Below are positions 26,274-36,234 of a stretch of 52,378 nt of DNA, piece after piece. Position 1 is the stretch's first letter. Every line of letters begins with the position of its first letter. The position numbers and the translations under genes were made by a program. Source of the stretch: a virus (lineage: Duplodnaviria; Caudoviricetes); the IMG/VR virus record IMGVR_UViG_3300032087_002048, positions 1-52,378 of that record, one strand, 5' to 3'. The notes below the pieces were generated by a model, which saw nothing but the letters and a program-made list of their open reading frames with translations, did not search any database and had not been told where the DNA came from.

Positions 26274-26693
26274 CTATAATACTTTTATAAGTTCAGTTGT
26301 GTTATCAGTTCCCAAGAGGAAACCGCATTCCAAATACCTTTCCTTAAGACTAGGATGCTTGATAGATGCAAAGATGTATTTATTTCCCCAGTCATCGGCT
26401 AAATCAGTTAAGTAGGTTATTAGTAATTTTAACGCTTCCTTGCGTTCTTCTTTATCTTTGATGTCAGGGTTAGCTACTATATATTCTATCCAACACAGTT
26501 GGCTATTAGTCTCATACAAAAAACCTGCACAATATTCGTTACCTTCGGTGTCATACAGCATCATACCGCATGTACCTTCGTCTGGTAACATATTTTTAGG
26601 AGGAGGGGGAAAACCGTAATATTTCCACCACTTCACTAACTTGTCGTAATCCTGTGGTTCTAGTTGCCTAGCCCCAAACTCAATGATTTTCAT
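26274..26693 (-). CDS. GNAT-like virion-assembly-associated protein
   Basis: ATG at 26693 (MKIIEFGAR); AGFLY.TNS...WIE.IV.NP and terminal GF motif; sits between nozzle and ejection genes. Confidence 0.65.
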   Translation of the reverse strand: MKIIEFGARQLEPQDYDKLVKWWKYYGFPPPPKNMLPDEGTCGMMLYDTEGNEYCAGFLYETNSQLCWIEYIVANPDIKDKEERKEALKLLITYLTDLADDWGNKYIFASIKHPSLKERYLECGFLLGTDNTTELIKVL

Positions 26694-26709
26694 TATATTA
26701 TATTTGTAA

Positions 26710-26717
26710 CAAAGATA
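26710..26717 (-). promoter_or_regulatory. -7 promoter element TATCTTTG
   Basis: Located in a 30-bp intergenic gap; no clear -33 box. Confidence 0.65.
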
Positions 26718-26723
26718 CAAAAT

Positions 26724-29700
26724 TTAATCAGAACTTCTTGAAGCCTCTACCTTTACAGCAAAGAGTTCTTGGTCTGTTGTTGAATCGTTGGTCATATTAA
26801 GCTGTAAGTAGTAACCTTTCATTGCCCCACCCTCTATTCTTTCAACTTTTTCAAACATTATAAAGTTACTTACAGATAATCCTGCAACGCTATCTAGTGT
26901 TATTGTCTTAGCTGTTCTATTAACTGCTGTTACTGTACCTATAATTGTAATAGTATCGTCACCATCGTCTTTCCAAATACTGTCACCAATGGCTAAAGCA
27001 CGAGGAAGTTCTGTTACATCTAATGTAACCACCAATGACGCTATAACTGAAACCTCACCTATACCTCCAATAGAACCACCAAAGCCCTGTGCATCGATAC
27101 CGCTTTGCTCGTTCTGGCGAACATAAGCGTAGTATTCTTCTTCTTCCTCTGAAAACTCCTCTGCTGTAAGGCTAGTAAAGCCGAAGTTAGTCTGCATAAA
27201 TGGTATATCCCATGCATTACTGCTCTCGGTGTTAACAGACCTAAAGTGTTTAACGTCTTGTGGTTGGTCGTTAAAGACAGTATTAATACTTGCATCACGT
27301 TGTACACCATAAAAGTTCTTACGTGTTGCATTGTCATCATGTAACCAGATATCACCATCTTTAATAGAATATAATCTGTTGTTTATACCTATAAGTCTTT
27401 CTGGTTCAAACTCATAGAAAGATGTAAAACCTACCTGCTCTTGGAAAGCTAGGGTTAAAGGACTTGCATCTGGTACTACGTTAATTAAATATTCATCATT
27501 GTATGGGTCATATCCACCAACGTAAGTTGTTTGCGATGTTAAGGTGCGGAAGTAATCTCTCATACCGTTTTGTGATACCTCTGTATATCCATCAGCAGAC
27601 AGTCTCATGAGCGCACCCCTGTCTTTATCAAGGTGATATATGCGATTTCCGAAAGTTCCAAACGATTCGGGGTTGTTACAGATACCATATTCGCCTGTAA
27701 AAGCCACCTCCTGTCCTAAGACGTTAGAACTCTGTGTTAGGTTGCCTGTACCATCAGAATTAAATAAAACGCTCTTAGAGAACAGTACACGATGTGTTTT
27801 ATCGTGTTGAAACACAAATAGGTCGGTATCACGACTGTGTAGTTTCGCAATAGCACCATATTTAATATCCATGTCCTTGTAGTTAATCTCTGCTAGATTA
27901 AACTCATTAAGTGCGTTAAATTGTGTTGTTGCCTCGTATGTATCGCTATATGTTAAGGATGATATACGTCTAATTGATTGATAGTTCTCGATTGGTATTA
28001 ATGGTTTAGTATCAAGGAGCATTACCTTTTCGTTAAAAGTATCACCAATCTTAATAGATTCAAATCCATTATACCATCCAAATGAGTTAAAGTAATCTAA
28101 TGTAACCACAGCATCGGTTACCCCGAATACTTGATTAGTATCTCCTTGATGATTACCAGAAGTAATATCGTATGTATAAGGTAGTTCGTAGAATATGTCT
28201 GACGTTGTATCAACTGGAACAGTTTCAAATATAATACTGTTATCAAATTCTGTGATTATCAATGAATTATCAATCCTGATATTATCAGAACTAGAACCAG
28301 TATAGTTAGGAACAGACAAGAATGCCATATAAACCCTATGACGAATAGGGTCAAGAAAGTATTGACTAACAGTCATTTCTTCACCATTGGTCTTATCTAA
28401 ACTACCACGTCTAAACAGGACATTATTAATATCATCATTCCACACCAAGCCTGTTATACTTGACATAATATTATCCCCATAGAACCATTCTTCTAGGTTA
28501 GGATAATCCTTAGAGGAGGTAAGACTGTAGCTTACAAATCCTATAGCACCATCAACATTACCTGTATCAGAGCCTGAGTCATCATAAGTTATAGTAATAT
28601 TTGCTCCTGCTTTTATTCCTTCGTCATTAAGAAGTGCAGTTTTTCCTTGTAATAATACAATAGCATGTCTACCTGCAGATGAAACTGTACCGCCTTTATC
28701 CCAATCATCTTCACGACCTGCTGATTTACAAGAAATAAACCATTTGTCACCTATTGTATGCCCTGTAGTTGAACCAAATGTAATAGTAATACCGTTAGAT
28801 AACGTTTGAGCAGCACCTGTAATAGAAACAAGGGAGGTGTACGCCCCTGCAGCATCATCAAGGGTTACATCCCAAGACCTCCATTTGAATGTGTTTGGTG
28901 CGCCTGTACCATCAATTTCTATCTCAAATCTAATATCAGAATTACCTGTAAGAGTACCTCCTTGTGTAAGGTCGTTAAGGTCTGAACCAGTATAGTAAGG
29001 GTCTTCTACATAAGTAACAGCACCATCTATATTGTTTGCTGTTCCATCTGAACGAAACGAATAACCTATCCATTCATACGTTGTAACTGCTGCTGCAGAT
29101 AAAGCGTAATCCTGTACTTGCAGACGCATATAAGTACCTGCTTGTTGTAGCTGCTCGTAAGGGTCTGGTACGGTGGTTTCAAGGAAGTTTTCATCCTGTG
29201 TAGTTATTTCAAGAACCTTAGTCCTAATACTAGTTGCTTTTAATCCAGAGGTGTCAGATTTAACATAAAGGAAATCTCCTTCATTTACTTTTAACACATC
29301 GTTACCCTCTAATTTAACCCACGCATATACACCGTCACGATAAAAAGTAATTGGTGCAATAACATCGTAATTGTTTTTAGATTGCTTAACAAAGAATCTA
29401 TATTGTGTTGCCCAGTCTGGTGGACGTTGTGATTTATCTATAGTAGCTACTAGCTGTACTTTTTGATTAGCTACAGAGAAGGGAACAAATGTTGTGTTGT
29501 TTGGTGCTACTAATGGTGTAGTCATACGACCTTTCCCATCTGTATATGCTATTGCTAATTCGTAATCACGATTTGTTTTAACTTGTGTGTGTGCAACGCC
29601 TGCAGTTCCTGCTGCGCTTGTATAACTTGTTGTAAAGTCTACATTAATATCAGTACCAGAATATGTAAGGTCATAACCATCTGTATAATTCCCGAATACA

Positions 29701-30689
29701 AGTCTATTCCCAATTACTTCAAGAGTACCTGCTGATGTTGGAACGTTATCGTAAACACGACTTAACTGATTGGCATCCAATGCTTTATAGATACGAGAGT
29801 TATCAAATGTAACAGTCTCTGATGCACTAGGAGTAGTCCATACTTCTTTAGCTTTGTTATAAGTATCTACAATAAAAGCTGTGTTGCTACCTGACTCTTT
29901 TAAAATGAGTTGTACATCTGTAACGTTAGCTGTGCCTACATTTAAAGCAATATCAACCTTAGAGAAATCATTAAACATCGCATCATTTGTACCTTCTTTA
30001 TAATTATATTCAAAGGCATCTGGCATAAATGCAAACTCAGAGAAAGGAGATAATGCACTCCATTCACCATTTTGGTATTTATATCTATAAGCAAATGACA
30101 AGAATTTACTTTCGATATTGTTTTCTAATCCTGTTGCAGTAACCCCTAGTGTTAGTACTGGTGCTACAAGAGGTGCTGTTTTAATGAGGGAAACATCTTC
30201 TAATATATAAGCATCTACCGTTATAGCTTGGACAGTATCAATCTCAAAGAACTTAGGTTCGTTTGTATTGTCTGTAAGGACAAGGTAGTTCTGTCCATTG
30301 TCGTTATCGTTTATCACTCTCATCTCTACATACATGTCTGTAGTAAATAAGAATACACCACCAGAGTTAATATCATCAACAATAGTTCTTATGGTGTTTG
30401 CTCCTACATTATATTCCATTATATAAGAGTGTGTACTAGTAGCAACAGCAAAGTAAATAAGATTTCTAAAAGTATCTACACAGCTACCGATACAAGTTGC
30501 CCCAGTACCTTCATAGGTAACGGAAGCCATTGCTGTATTACCCAATGCGAATTTAACAGAGCGTGAGTTCTGTCCGTCAGGAGATATTATCCTAATGTTC
30601 TTAGCATCAAGATAGAACCCTTTTTGCAGTAGGCGAACTTCTGTATCTTTGTCCATTGCCCCTGCAGTAAATGTATTGTATAGCTTCAT
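26724..30689 (-). CDS. Tail nozzle/muzzle (stabilization) protein
   Basis: 1321 aa, beta-rich; F..G.MDKD...L, FAYRYKY..GE.S..SPFS, GNRL.FGNY and GGYDPY..EY patterns; follows the ring genes. Confidence 0.75.
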   Translation of the reverse strand: MKLYNTFTAGAMDKDTEVRLLQKGFYLDAKNIRIISPDGQNSRSVKFALGNTAMASVTYEGTGATCIGSCVDTFRNLIYFAVATSTHSYIMEYNVGANTIRTIVDDINSGGVFLFTTDMYVEMRVINDNDNGQNYLVLTDNTNEPKFFEIDTVQAITVDAYILEDVSLIKTAPLVAPVLTLGVTATGLENNIESKFLSFAYRYKYQNGEWSALSPFSEFAFMPDAFEYNYKEGTNDAMFNDFSKVDIALNVGTANVTDVQLILKESGSNTAFIVDTYNKAKEVWTTPSASETVTFDNSRIYKALDANQLSRVYDNVPTSAGTLEVIGNRLVFGNYTDGYDLTYSGTDINVDFTTSYTSAAGTAGVAHTQVKTNRDYELAIAYTDGKGRMTTPLVAPNNTTFVPFSVANQKVQLVATIDKSQRPPDWATQYRFFVKQSKNNYDVIAPITFYRDGVYAWVKLEGNDVLKVNEGDFLYVKSDTSGLKATSIRTKVLEITTQDENFLETTVPDPYEQLQQAGTYMRLQVQDYALSAAAVTTYEWIGYSFRSDGTANNIDGAVTYVEDPYYTGSDLNDLTQGGTLTGNSDIRFEIEIDGTGAPNTFKWRSWDVTLDDAAGAYTSLVSITGAAQTLSNGITITFGSTTGHTIGDKWFISCKSAGREDDWDKGGTVSSAGRHAIVLLQGKTALLNDEGIKAGANITITYDDSGSDTGNVDGAIGFVSYSLTSSKDYPNLEEWFYGDNIMSSITGLVWNDDINNVLFRRGSLDKTNGEEMTVSQYFLDPIRHRVYMAFLSVPNYTGSSSDNIRIDNSLIITEFDNSIIFETVPVDTTSDIFYELPYTYDITSGNHQGDTNQVFGVTDAVVTLDYFNSFGWYNGFESIKIGDTFNEKVMLLDTKPLIPIENYQSIRRISSLTYSDTYEATTQFNALNEFNLAEINYKDMDIKYGAIAKLHSRDTDLFVFQHDKTHRVLFSKSVLFNSDGTGNLTQSSNVLGQEVAFTGEYGICNNPESFGTFGNRIYHLDKDRGALMRLSADGYTEVSQNGMRDYFRTLTSQTTYVGGYDPYNDEYLINVVPDASPLTLAFQEQVGFTSFYEFEPERLIGINNRLYSIKDGDIWLHDDNATRKNFYGVQRDASINTVFNDQPQDVKHFRSVNTESSNAWDIPFMQTNFGFTSLTAEEFSEEEEEYYAYVRQNEQSGIDAQGFGGSIGGIGEVSVIASLVVTLDVTELPRALAIGDSIWKDDGDDTITIIGTVTAVNRTAKTITLDSVAGLSVSNFIMFEKVERIEGGAMKGYYLQLNMTNDSTTDQELFAVKVEASRSSD

Positions 30690-30690
30690 T

Positions 30691-31596
30691 CTACTTTATC
30701 CTTTTATCTCTACCTCTTAGTACTTGGAATAAATCATCATAAGTAAGACCGTTTAATCTAGTCTTAGCTTTCATCTTCTCGATGTGTGCTTTCTTAGCTT
30801 TCCTGTTTACAACATACTCTTGTATGTCTGAAAGCCTAGAAACGATTGCATATTCCATGTGAGCGTAAAGTGCTTCCTCAGCAAATTTATGTACTCTGAT
30901 ATCTGCAAGTGTAGAACTTTCTAAACCATCAGATATATATTCGAGTACTATTGTCTTAGACCCAATGTTAGAGGAAAACTTCATAACACCTGTATCTTTA
31001 TCCATAGTAAACCAACCGTTAAAGTTAGCTTTACTAGTCTCTAAACCAAACCTAGAATTACCTAAGTTGATGTCTACTTCATGAGGATTCCCTGCAGTAT
31101 CTGATTGAAAGAAAAGATACGAGCTGTAGCTGTCATCTATAAGGGTTTGGTCATAGCTGTTCTGGCTAGCTTTAAGTACGTTACCAGAGACATCGAATAG
31201 AATAGCATAATCGTTATCTTGTAGATAAGCCTCTGCTATCTTGGTGTCATCGTTTGTAATCATAGGGTGAAAAAACCCTGCTGAATCCACCCATGATACC
31301 CTTACATAATTGATAAAGTCCTCTGGTAGAGTAATTTGTAATGTGTCTGGGTTAAGGTCAATCTCAATAGCTTTAATTTGTTTTAAGGCATCGTAGTTTA
31401 ATTCTTGCAACCCTCTCTTAGCGTGAAATATAATTATATCACGATTCATTGTAGTAGGGATTTGCATGTTATCCCCCATAAACATAAGTTGGAAATTAGT
31501 TATAATGTCTGCCAATGATGTGAATTGATACCCTCCCCATAACGAACTGTCACCATAAAAATCCTCTTGTGTTACTCCTGTTCCTAATGCTCCCAT
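30691..31596 (-). CDS. Tail ring/adaptor protein
   Basis: 301 aa; AKRGLQELNYD, LP.DF.NYV and LEYISDG patterns; position after the capsid genes. Confidence 0.7.
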   Translation of the reverse strand: MGALGTGVTQEDFYGDSSLWGGYQFTSLADIITNFQLMFMGDNMQIPTTMNRDIIIFHAKRGLQELNYDALKQIKAIEIDLNPDTLQITLPEDFINYVRVSWVDSAGFFHPMITNDDTKIAEAYLQDNDYAILFDVSGNVLKASQNSYDQTLIDDSYSSYLFFQSDTAGNPHEVDINLGNSRFGLETSKANFNGWFTMDKDTGVMKFSSNIGSKTIVLEYISDGLESSTLADIRVHKFAEEALYAHMEYAIVSRLSDIQEYVVNRKAKKAHIEKMKAKTRLNGLTYDDLFQVLRGRDKRIK

Positions 31597-31943
31597 TATG
31601 CTCTAGTTTTGTTTCTTCTATATTTTCTCATTGCCTCTGTCTTGTCTTTACCTTTCTTCCAAGACCCTGCTGCCAGTTTTTTAGCCTTTCTTCTACTCTT
31701 AACCTCAACAGTCTCTCCTTTTGCTTTAGCCTTGTCGTAATCCTGTTCTTCCCAATCTTCTGATTTATGAGAAGTTTCTTTACCCTTTTTAGGTGATATA
31801 GTAGGAAATACTGCAAATCTACCTCTTTTCTTACTAGGGTCACCTGCCCACGCCATCTTGTGAGTAGATACTGTTCCGTCTGGGTTTTGTCTATGCTGCC
31901 CCTCCTTCCTCATTCTCCTTATTCGTCTTTTCTTGTTAGGCAT
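31596..31943 (-). CDS. Highly basic hypothetical protein
   Basis: 115 aa, K/R-rich, TAATG-coupled on both sides. Confidence 0.65.
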   Translation of the reverse strand: MPNKKRRIRRMRKEGQHRQNPDGTVSTHKMAWAGDPSKKRGRFAVFPTISPKKGKETSHKSEDWEEQDYDKAKAKGETVEVKSRRKAKKLAAGSWKKGKDKTEAMRKYRRNKTRA

Positions 31944-32635
31944 TATGCTCTAGTTTCTGTTTGCTTCTTTTGTATTTGTTTAGCCTCTGCGTATTGAACC
32001 ACATCTTGCTCTCGTATGCTTACACCTGCATATCCTAATATCTTTACTACTAACCTGTGTTCATCAGAAGGGTGTATCTCAAAATCCTGATAGTCTACTG
32101 CGGAGGCATTGAATACTGGATTACTTGCCACAGTATTGTAAGTCCATTTTGGAGTTTCTGGTGTTCTTATATAGCTACAAGTTACACCTGTGATAATTGT
32201 TGCAGGGTAAACAAGATAGTCATCTTCTAGTCTTATATATACTGGATAGTCTGTACTAGGTGCTGTTGAGTTTGACTTAGTGAGTAAAGCCAATCTCCTT
32301 TGACTTACTTCGTCTATAAATTCCCCTGCATAGAATAAATCCAATATTCTATAATTGTCGGCAGGTACTGTGAACCTATCAGTAGAATAGGTCATTGTTC
32401 CGTTCTTTTGGAAAATATCTAATTTCTCCCTAATGTTTCTAGGTATATTGGCGTATTCGCTCCCTGACTGGCGTTTAGTCTGTAGCGATATCCATCTGGC
32501 ATAATCATAGAAATATGATTCAAATATTTCCAGTTGTGCTAGATAGGCATAATTGTTAAACCTTTCTGGTTTGAGCCACCCACGATTGTTTTTCTCTAGG
32601 AAGTCATGTACGGTCTCTCTTACTGCGTTAATCAT
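31943..32635 (-). CDS. Head-tail adaptor/ring protein
   Basis: 230 aa; KNNRGW..P..FN..A..AQ, YIR.P..PKW and DFE.H patterns. Confidence 0.7.
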   Translation of the reverse strand: MINAVRETVHDFLEKNNRGWLKPERFNNYAYLAQLEIFESYFYDYARWISLQTKRQSGSEYANIPRNIREKLDIFQKNGTMTYSTDRFTVPADNYRILDLFYAGEFIDEVSQRRLALLTKSNSTAPSTDYPVYIRLEDDYLVYPATIITGVTCSYIRTPETPKWTYNTVASNPVFNASAVDYQDFEIHPSDEHRLVVKILGYAGVSIREQDVVQYAEAKQIQKKQTETRA

Positions 32636-32655
32636 AGTTATCGTTTATTACCATA

Positions 32656-32663
32656 CAAAGATA
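32656..32663 (-). promoter_or_regulatory. -7 promoter element TATCTTTG
   Basis: Immediately downstream of the terminator T run. Confidence 0.65.
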
Positions 32664-32665
32664 AC

Positions 32666-32696
32666 AAAAAAAGAGCAACCGTTGCTGATTGCTCTC
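32666..32696 (-). terminator. Intrinsic terminator
   Basis: Minus strand reads AGAGCAAT...GTTGCTCT followed by a T run. Confidence 0.8.
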
Positions 32697-32723
32697 CATT
32701 AGTCATGTTATTGACTTTTACTA

Positions 32724-33527
32724 TTATCCCATTTTAGCTGCTAGTGCTTCTACTAGTTGTAGACCTTCATCTGTTTTCATCCAAACAGCTAATGTTTCTT
32801 TGGGTTCTGATGAGAATGGAAGTTTAACAATTTCTTTACCGTTTACTTTCCATTTAACAGTAACTCCATCATCTGCAATCTTAATCAAGCCTAAGCTAAT
32901 AGCTTTACTTGCTAAGTTCATCATTTGGATATTGCTGTTGTTTGCTACCTTTTGAAACTCTTTAGGCTTCTTCTTAGCGAAGAATATTACATCTCGCTTG
33001 ATTTCGCCAGAAGACATTGAATCTACTTGTGCAGGGAACAATACTCTAGCTACTGCCTCTAGGTCTTCAATACCCATTTCAAGGGCTTGTGCCACAGCTT
33101 CAAAACCTGCCATCTCTTTATCTAGTTCCTCTCTAGCTACTTTGTCTTTATCATGTTCGTGAAATACATTACCTTTATTACCCTTATTATCTGGGTGTAG
33201 TGCTAAAAACTGCTGTAGTGTAGTGTTTGTTGCAGGTACTGTTAATATACCATCAATAAACACAATAGAACCTAATTTAAGGTTATCTTCATTCTGCTCG
33301 TCTGTGAAGATTGCTGATTGATTTGTTACATAACGTAACGCCCTAGAATAACCATAATCAGCATCAAACCATTGTAGACCTCTGTAGTCTGTATGTCTTG
33401 ACCTAAGTTGAAAAGATATTGGGGTTGTGTTTCGTGATAAGACGTAAGTTCTATCTTTCACTTCCCAGTCTGGGAAAATCTTTTTTAGTGTTGCTGCACC
33501 AATAGGTGCTTTCTTTGTAGTTGCCAT
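32724..33527 (-). CDS. Conserved protein downstream of the major capsid gene
   Basis: 267 aa; R.LRY..NQ...F.DEQ and LQ.FL..HP.N patterns; function not assignable. Confidence 0.65.
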   Translation of the reverse strand: MATTKKAPIGAATLKKIFPDWEVKDRTYVLSRNTTPISFQLRSRHTDYRGLQWFDADYGYSRALRYVTNQSAIFTDEQNEDNLKLGSIVFIDGILTVPATNTTLQQFLALHPDNKGNKGNVFHEHDKDKVAREELDKEMAGFEAVAQALEMGIEDLEAVARVLFPAQVDSMSSGEIKRDVIFFAKKKPKEFQKVANNSNIQMMNLASKAISLGLIKIADDGVTVKWKVNGKEIVKLPFSSEPKETLAVWMKTDEGLQLVEALAAKMG

Positions 33528-33553
33528 TTTATTATATGTTAAATTAAATTAGT

Positions 33554-33582
33554 AAAAATAAGGGAGGCGGTTAAACCTCCCT
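33554..33582 (-). terminator. Terminator after the major capsid gene
   Basis: Perfect AGGGAGG/CCTCCCT stem followed by TATTTTT on the minus strand. Confidence 0.75.
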
Positions 33583-33597
33583 ATATGCAATCTTTTA

Positions 33598-34947
33598 TTA
33601 GTCTTGTACTAATACGAAGTTATTCGCTCCGATACAAACTAACGCTCTTTCAGATAGGAAGTGTACTTCCATAGCATCAAGGTCGCTTGTGTTTGCTCCA
33701 CCTGCTGAACCTGTAATCCAAGTCTTATACTTTCTGTCCTCTGTAGCTGACTTTCTGTATTTAACGTGAAGGAAAGGCTGACGGATTTTCTTACCAAGAA
33801 CTTGGTCGTAAACAGTCTTAGTTCCAGAAGGAACGATTACCGCACGTACTTTACCAGTTCCTTCGATAGCACCACGAGTGGTAGCATCGTTAAGGTATTT
33901 CCAGTCAGTTTTGTAGAACTCGTAAGAACCTCTATGGAAACCATAGAATCCTAAGTTCAACGCCATTTTCTCAGAGTTGTTAAACGCTCCGTAAGATGTT
34001 CCACCTGCACCCATTGAATTTTGAGTAGCAAGAAAGTCATCGATAGCTAAGTTTTGGTCTCTATCAGCGAAGAACATGTTCTCCAAGATTGAACCTTGCT
34101 TATCTAATCTTTTCAATACAGAATCGAAATCAGCCTTAGCTGACATAACACCGTTAAAGACGTTACCTCTTGATTCTACAGCAGAGAAAAGACCCTCTGT
34201 ACCTTTATATCCTAAAACATCTGCACCAGAAGAACCTGCTGCTGCTTCACCTTCAACCATACTCATTTCTAAGTAATCGTCATATCTCAAACGAGTTTCG
34301 TGTTGAGACTTTAAGTACCATAAGTACCCTGTTCCACCACCTTCGGTAGATACTTCAACCCATCCAATTTGAGTCATATCAGAACCAGTAACTAAATACT
34401 TGTCTTTTATGATGATAGGAGAAGTTTCTCTGAATGTAGCTTCTGCTTCTAAAGCACCAACCATTCCGTTAGTTCCTTTTTTAAATTCAGAACCGTATAC
34501 GTAACATGTAATTCCTGTTGTTGCTAAACCACTAAGGTCTGCTGAACCGTAAGGCTCTACAAAGAATGTAGTCGCTGCAGGTGTACCAATGATGATACCT
34601 TTAATTACTTGCGTACCATCAGAAAGAACTACTGTTTGGTTTTCTCTAAAGTTATGACCACCTGATACTGTAATAGTATTAGTCTGGTCGTTTGTTGCTG
34701 TTGTGTAAACAGTATGAAGTCTACCTTCTTCTGTCCACTTGATAAGGTCAGAACTACAAGGTAATTCTGCACTTGATGCCCTTAAAAAGCTAGCGATAGT
34801 TCTATTACCATATATTTCAAAGTTCTCGTTGTAAGTATCTGGAAGATACTGGTCAGAGAAATCGAAACTTGTAATATAACTAGCTGCTGTTGGTTGCTTT
34901 GACGGTGTTGGGGTCAAGGCAAATGTTGGGCTTGCTGCTAATGCCAT
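33598..34947 (-). CDS. Major capsid protein
   Basis: 449 aa after the scaffold; W.EEGRLH, GSEF.KG, YLWYLK and GTEGLF patterns; followed by a terminator. Confidence 0.85.
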   Translation of the reverse strand: MALAASPTFALTPTPSKQPTAASYITSFDFSDQYLPDTYNENFEIYGNRTIASFLRASSAELPCSSDLIKWTEEGRLHTVYTTATNDQTNTITVSGGHNFRENQTVVLSDGTQVIKGIIIGTPAATTFFVEPYGSADLSGLATTGITCYVYGSEFKKGTNGMVGALEAEATFRETSPIIIKDKYLVTGSDMTQIGWVEVSTEGGGTGYLWYLKSQHETRLRYDDYLEMSMVEGEAAAGSSGADVLGYKGTEGLFSAVESRGNVFNGVMSAKADFDSVLKRLDKQGSILENMFFADRDQNLAIDDFLATQNSMGAGGTSYGAFNNSEKMALNLGFYGFHRGSYEFYKTDWKYLNDATTRGAIEGTGKVRAVIVPSGTKTVYDQVLGKKIRQPFLHVKYRKSATEDRKYKTWITGSAGGANTSDLDAMEVHFLSERALVCIGANNFVLVQD

Positions 34948-34987
34948 AATTTAAAAGTTTTAAAGAGTATATTATTTTTAACTCTTG

Positions 34988-36163
34988 TTAATAATGTCTA
35001 AGTTTTATTTTTCCTGTTTGCTGAGGTGCTTCTTCATCTAAGAATCTAAACTTCGGTGCTTTAGGGTCTTTCCTCTTAGGTTGTACCCCTCTTGTATTCT
35101 TACCTACATTCGTATTCCTCGAATCTGCTGCTTCTTCCTCTGCTAATGCTGCTTTACCTAACTCGAAAAAGTGTTGCGCATACCCCTCTGGGTCAGATGC
35201 TACAGCTAATGCTCTGTGATATCCTGAGACATCACTAACGCTCCCATCTTTGTTAAGGAATTTCCCTAACAGGTTGTTCACGTCTAAATTCTGCTCTTTT
35301 AACTTGTTGACATTTTCTGGCTTATAAAGGATGGTTTCATCACCAACTTTAACCTCAAAACCTTTGAAGTTCTTATTAAACACTTTATTTGTCTCTTTTA
35401 CAAAAGAACTACGTGCTTGCTCTAATTGTTTAGAACTTGCACCTTGTTGAGTCTCGTAGTTTTTCTTAAACTCTAATGCCTCCTTAGCTTCTGCAGGTAA
35501 AACTGACCCTGACACAAGGTCTGCTTTGTATTTCTCGCTTCCACTTTGAAGTTCTTTTAGGGCTGTACCGTAAAACTTCTTCTTCTCAACTGTTTTTCTA
35601 CGGATGTCTGCTTCTGAATCTTCGTCTTCGTTGATTCCAAACAGCCTAGTCATTTCGTAATCTATATCTTCACCATCCAACGAAGGATATAGTTTTGATA
35701 AATGTTGCCTTATGACTTCATCCTGTGATAGTTTATTAAAATCTTGGTTAACTCTAAAAAAGTCTTCCAAGCTACCACCTGTATCTTCCATGAAATCCAG
35801 AGCCTTTTGTATTGCATCTGGAAGTTCATCGTAATCAATTACATCTTGTGCTTCATCATGTGCTGCATCTTGTGCTTCATCATGTGCTTCTTCCTCGTCT
35901 TCTTCCTCGTCTTCTTCCTCGTCTACACCATCGTCTTGGCTGTCTCCTTCGTCTTCACTTCCTGATTCGGCTTCTCCTTCGGCATCCTCACTTGATTCTT
36001 CACTCTCATCTTCTGATTCTTGACCTTCGTCTTCATTAGATGTTGTATTTTCCTGACTCTCATCGTCTTGACCTTCTTCTTGACCTTCTTCTTTACTTTC
36101 ATCTACGATAGGATTACCATCGTCATCAAGAAAAGTAAATGTCATTTTTTCTTCTTCTGCCAT
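34988..36163 (-). CDS. Capsid scaffolding protein
   Basis: Very acidic low-complexity N-terminus, helical core, basic C-terminus; between portal and capsid genes. Confidence 0.8.
   Translation of the reverse strand: MAEEEKMTFTFLDDDGNPIVDESKEEGQEEGQDDESQENTTSNEDEGQESEDESEESSEDAEGEAESGSEDEGDSQDDGVDEEEDEEEDEEEAHDEAQDAAHDEAQDVIDYDELPDAIQKALDFMEDTGGSLEDFFRVNQDFNKLSQDEVIRQHLSKLYPSLDGEDIDYEMTRLFGINEDEDSEADIRRKTVEKKKFYGTALKELQSGSEKYKADLVSGSVLPAEAKEALEFKKNYETQQGASSKQLEQARSSFVKETNKVFNKNFKGFEVKVGDETILYKPENVNKLKEQNLDVNNLLGKFLNKDGSVSDVSGYHRALAVASDPEGYAQHFFELGKAALAEEEAADSRNTNVGKNTRGVQPKRKDPKAPKFRFLDEEAPQQTGKIKLRHY
35842..35923. repeat. In-frame tandem repeats in the scaffold gene
   Basis: 24-bp unit CATCTTGTGCTTCATCATGTGCT(G/T) x2, then 12-bp unit CTTCCTCGTCTT x3. 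Confidence 0.85.
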
Positions 36164-36193
36164 TTTAATAGATTTTAATTATAATTAGTACTG

Positions 36194-36201
36194 CAAAGAT
36201 A
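36194..36201 (-). promoter_or_regulatory. -7 promoter element TATCTTTG for the scaffold-capsid operon
   Basis: Intergenic; minus strand reads TTATCTTTGCAG. Confidence 0.7.
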
Positions 36202-36234
36202 AGAATTATATATATTTAATATCACCCCCCCCTT

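Noticed and set aside
35842-36090. Scaffold tandem repeats as a regulatory array
   Set aside because: Unit lengths are multiples of three within an acidic low-complexity region, consistent with ordinary slippage.
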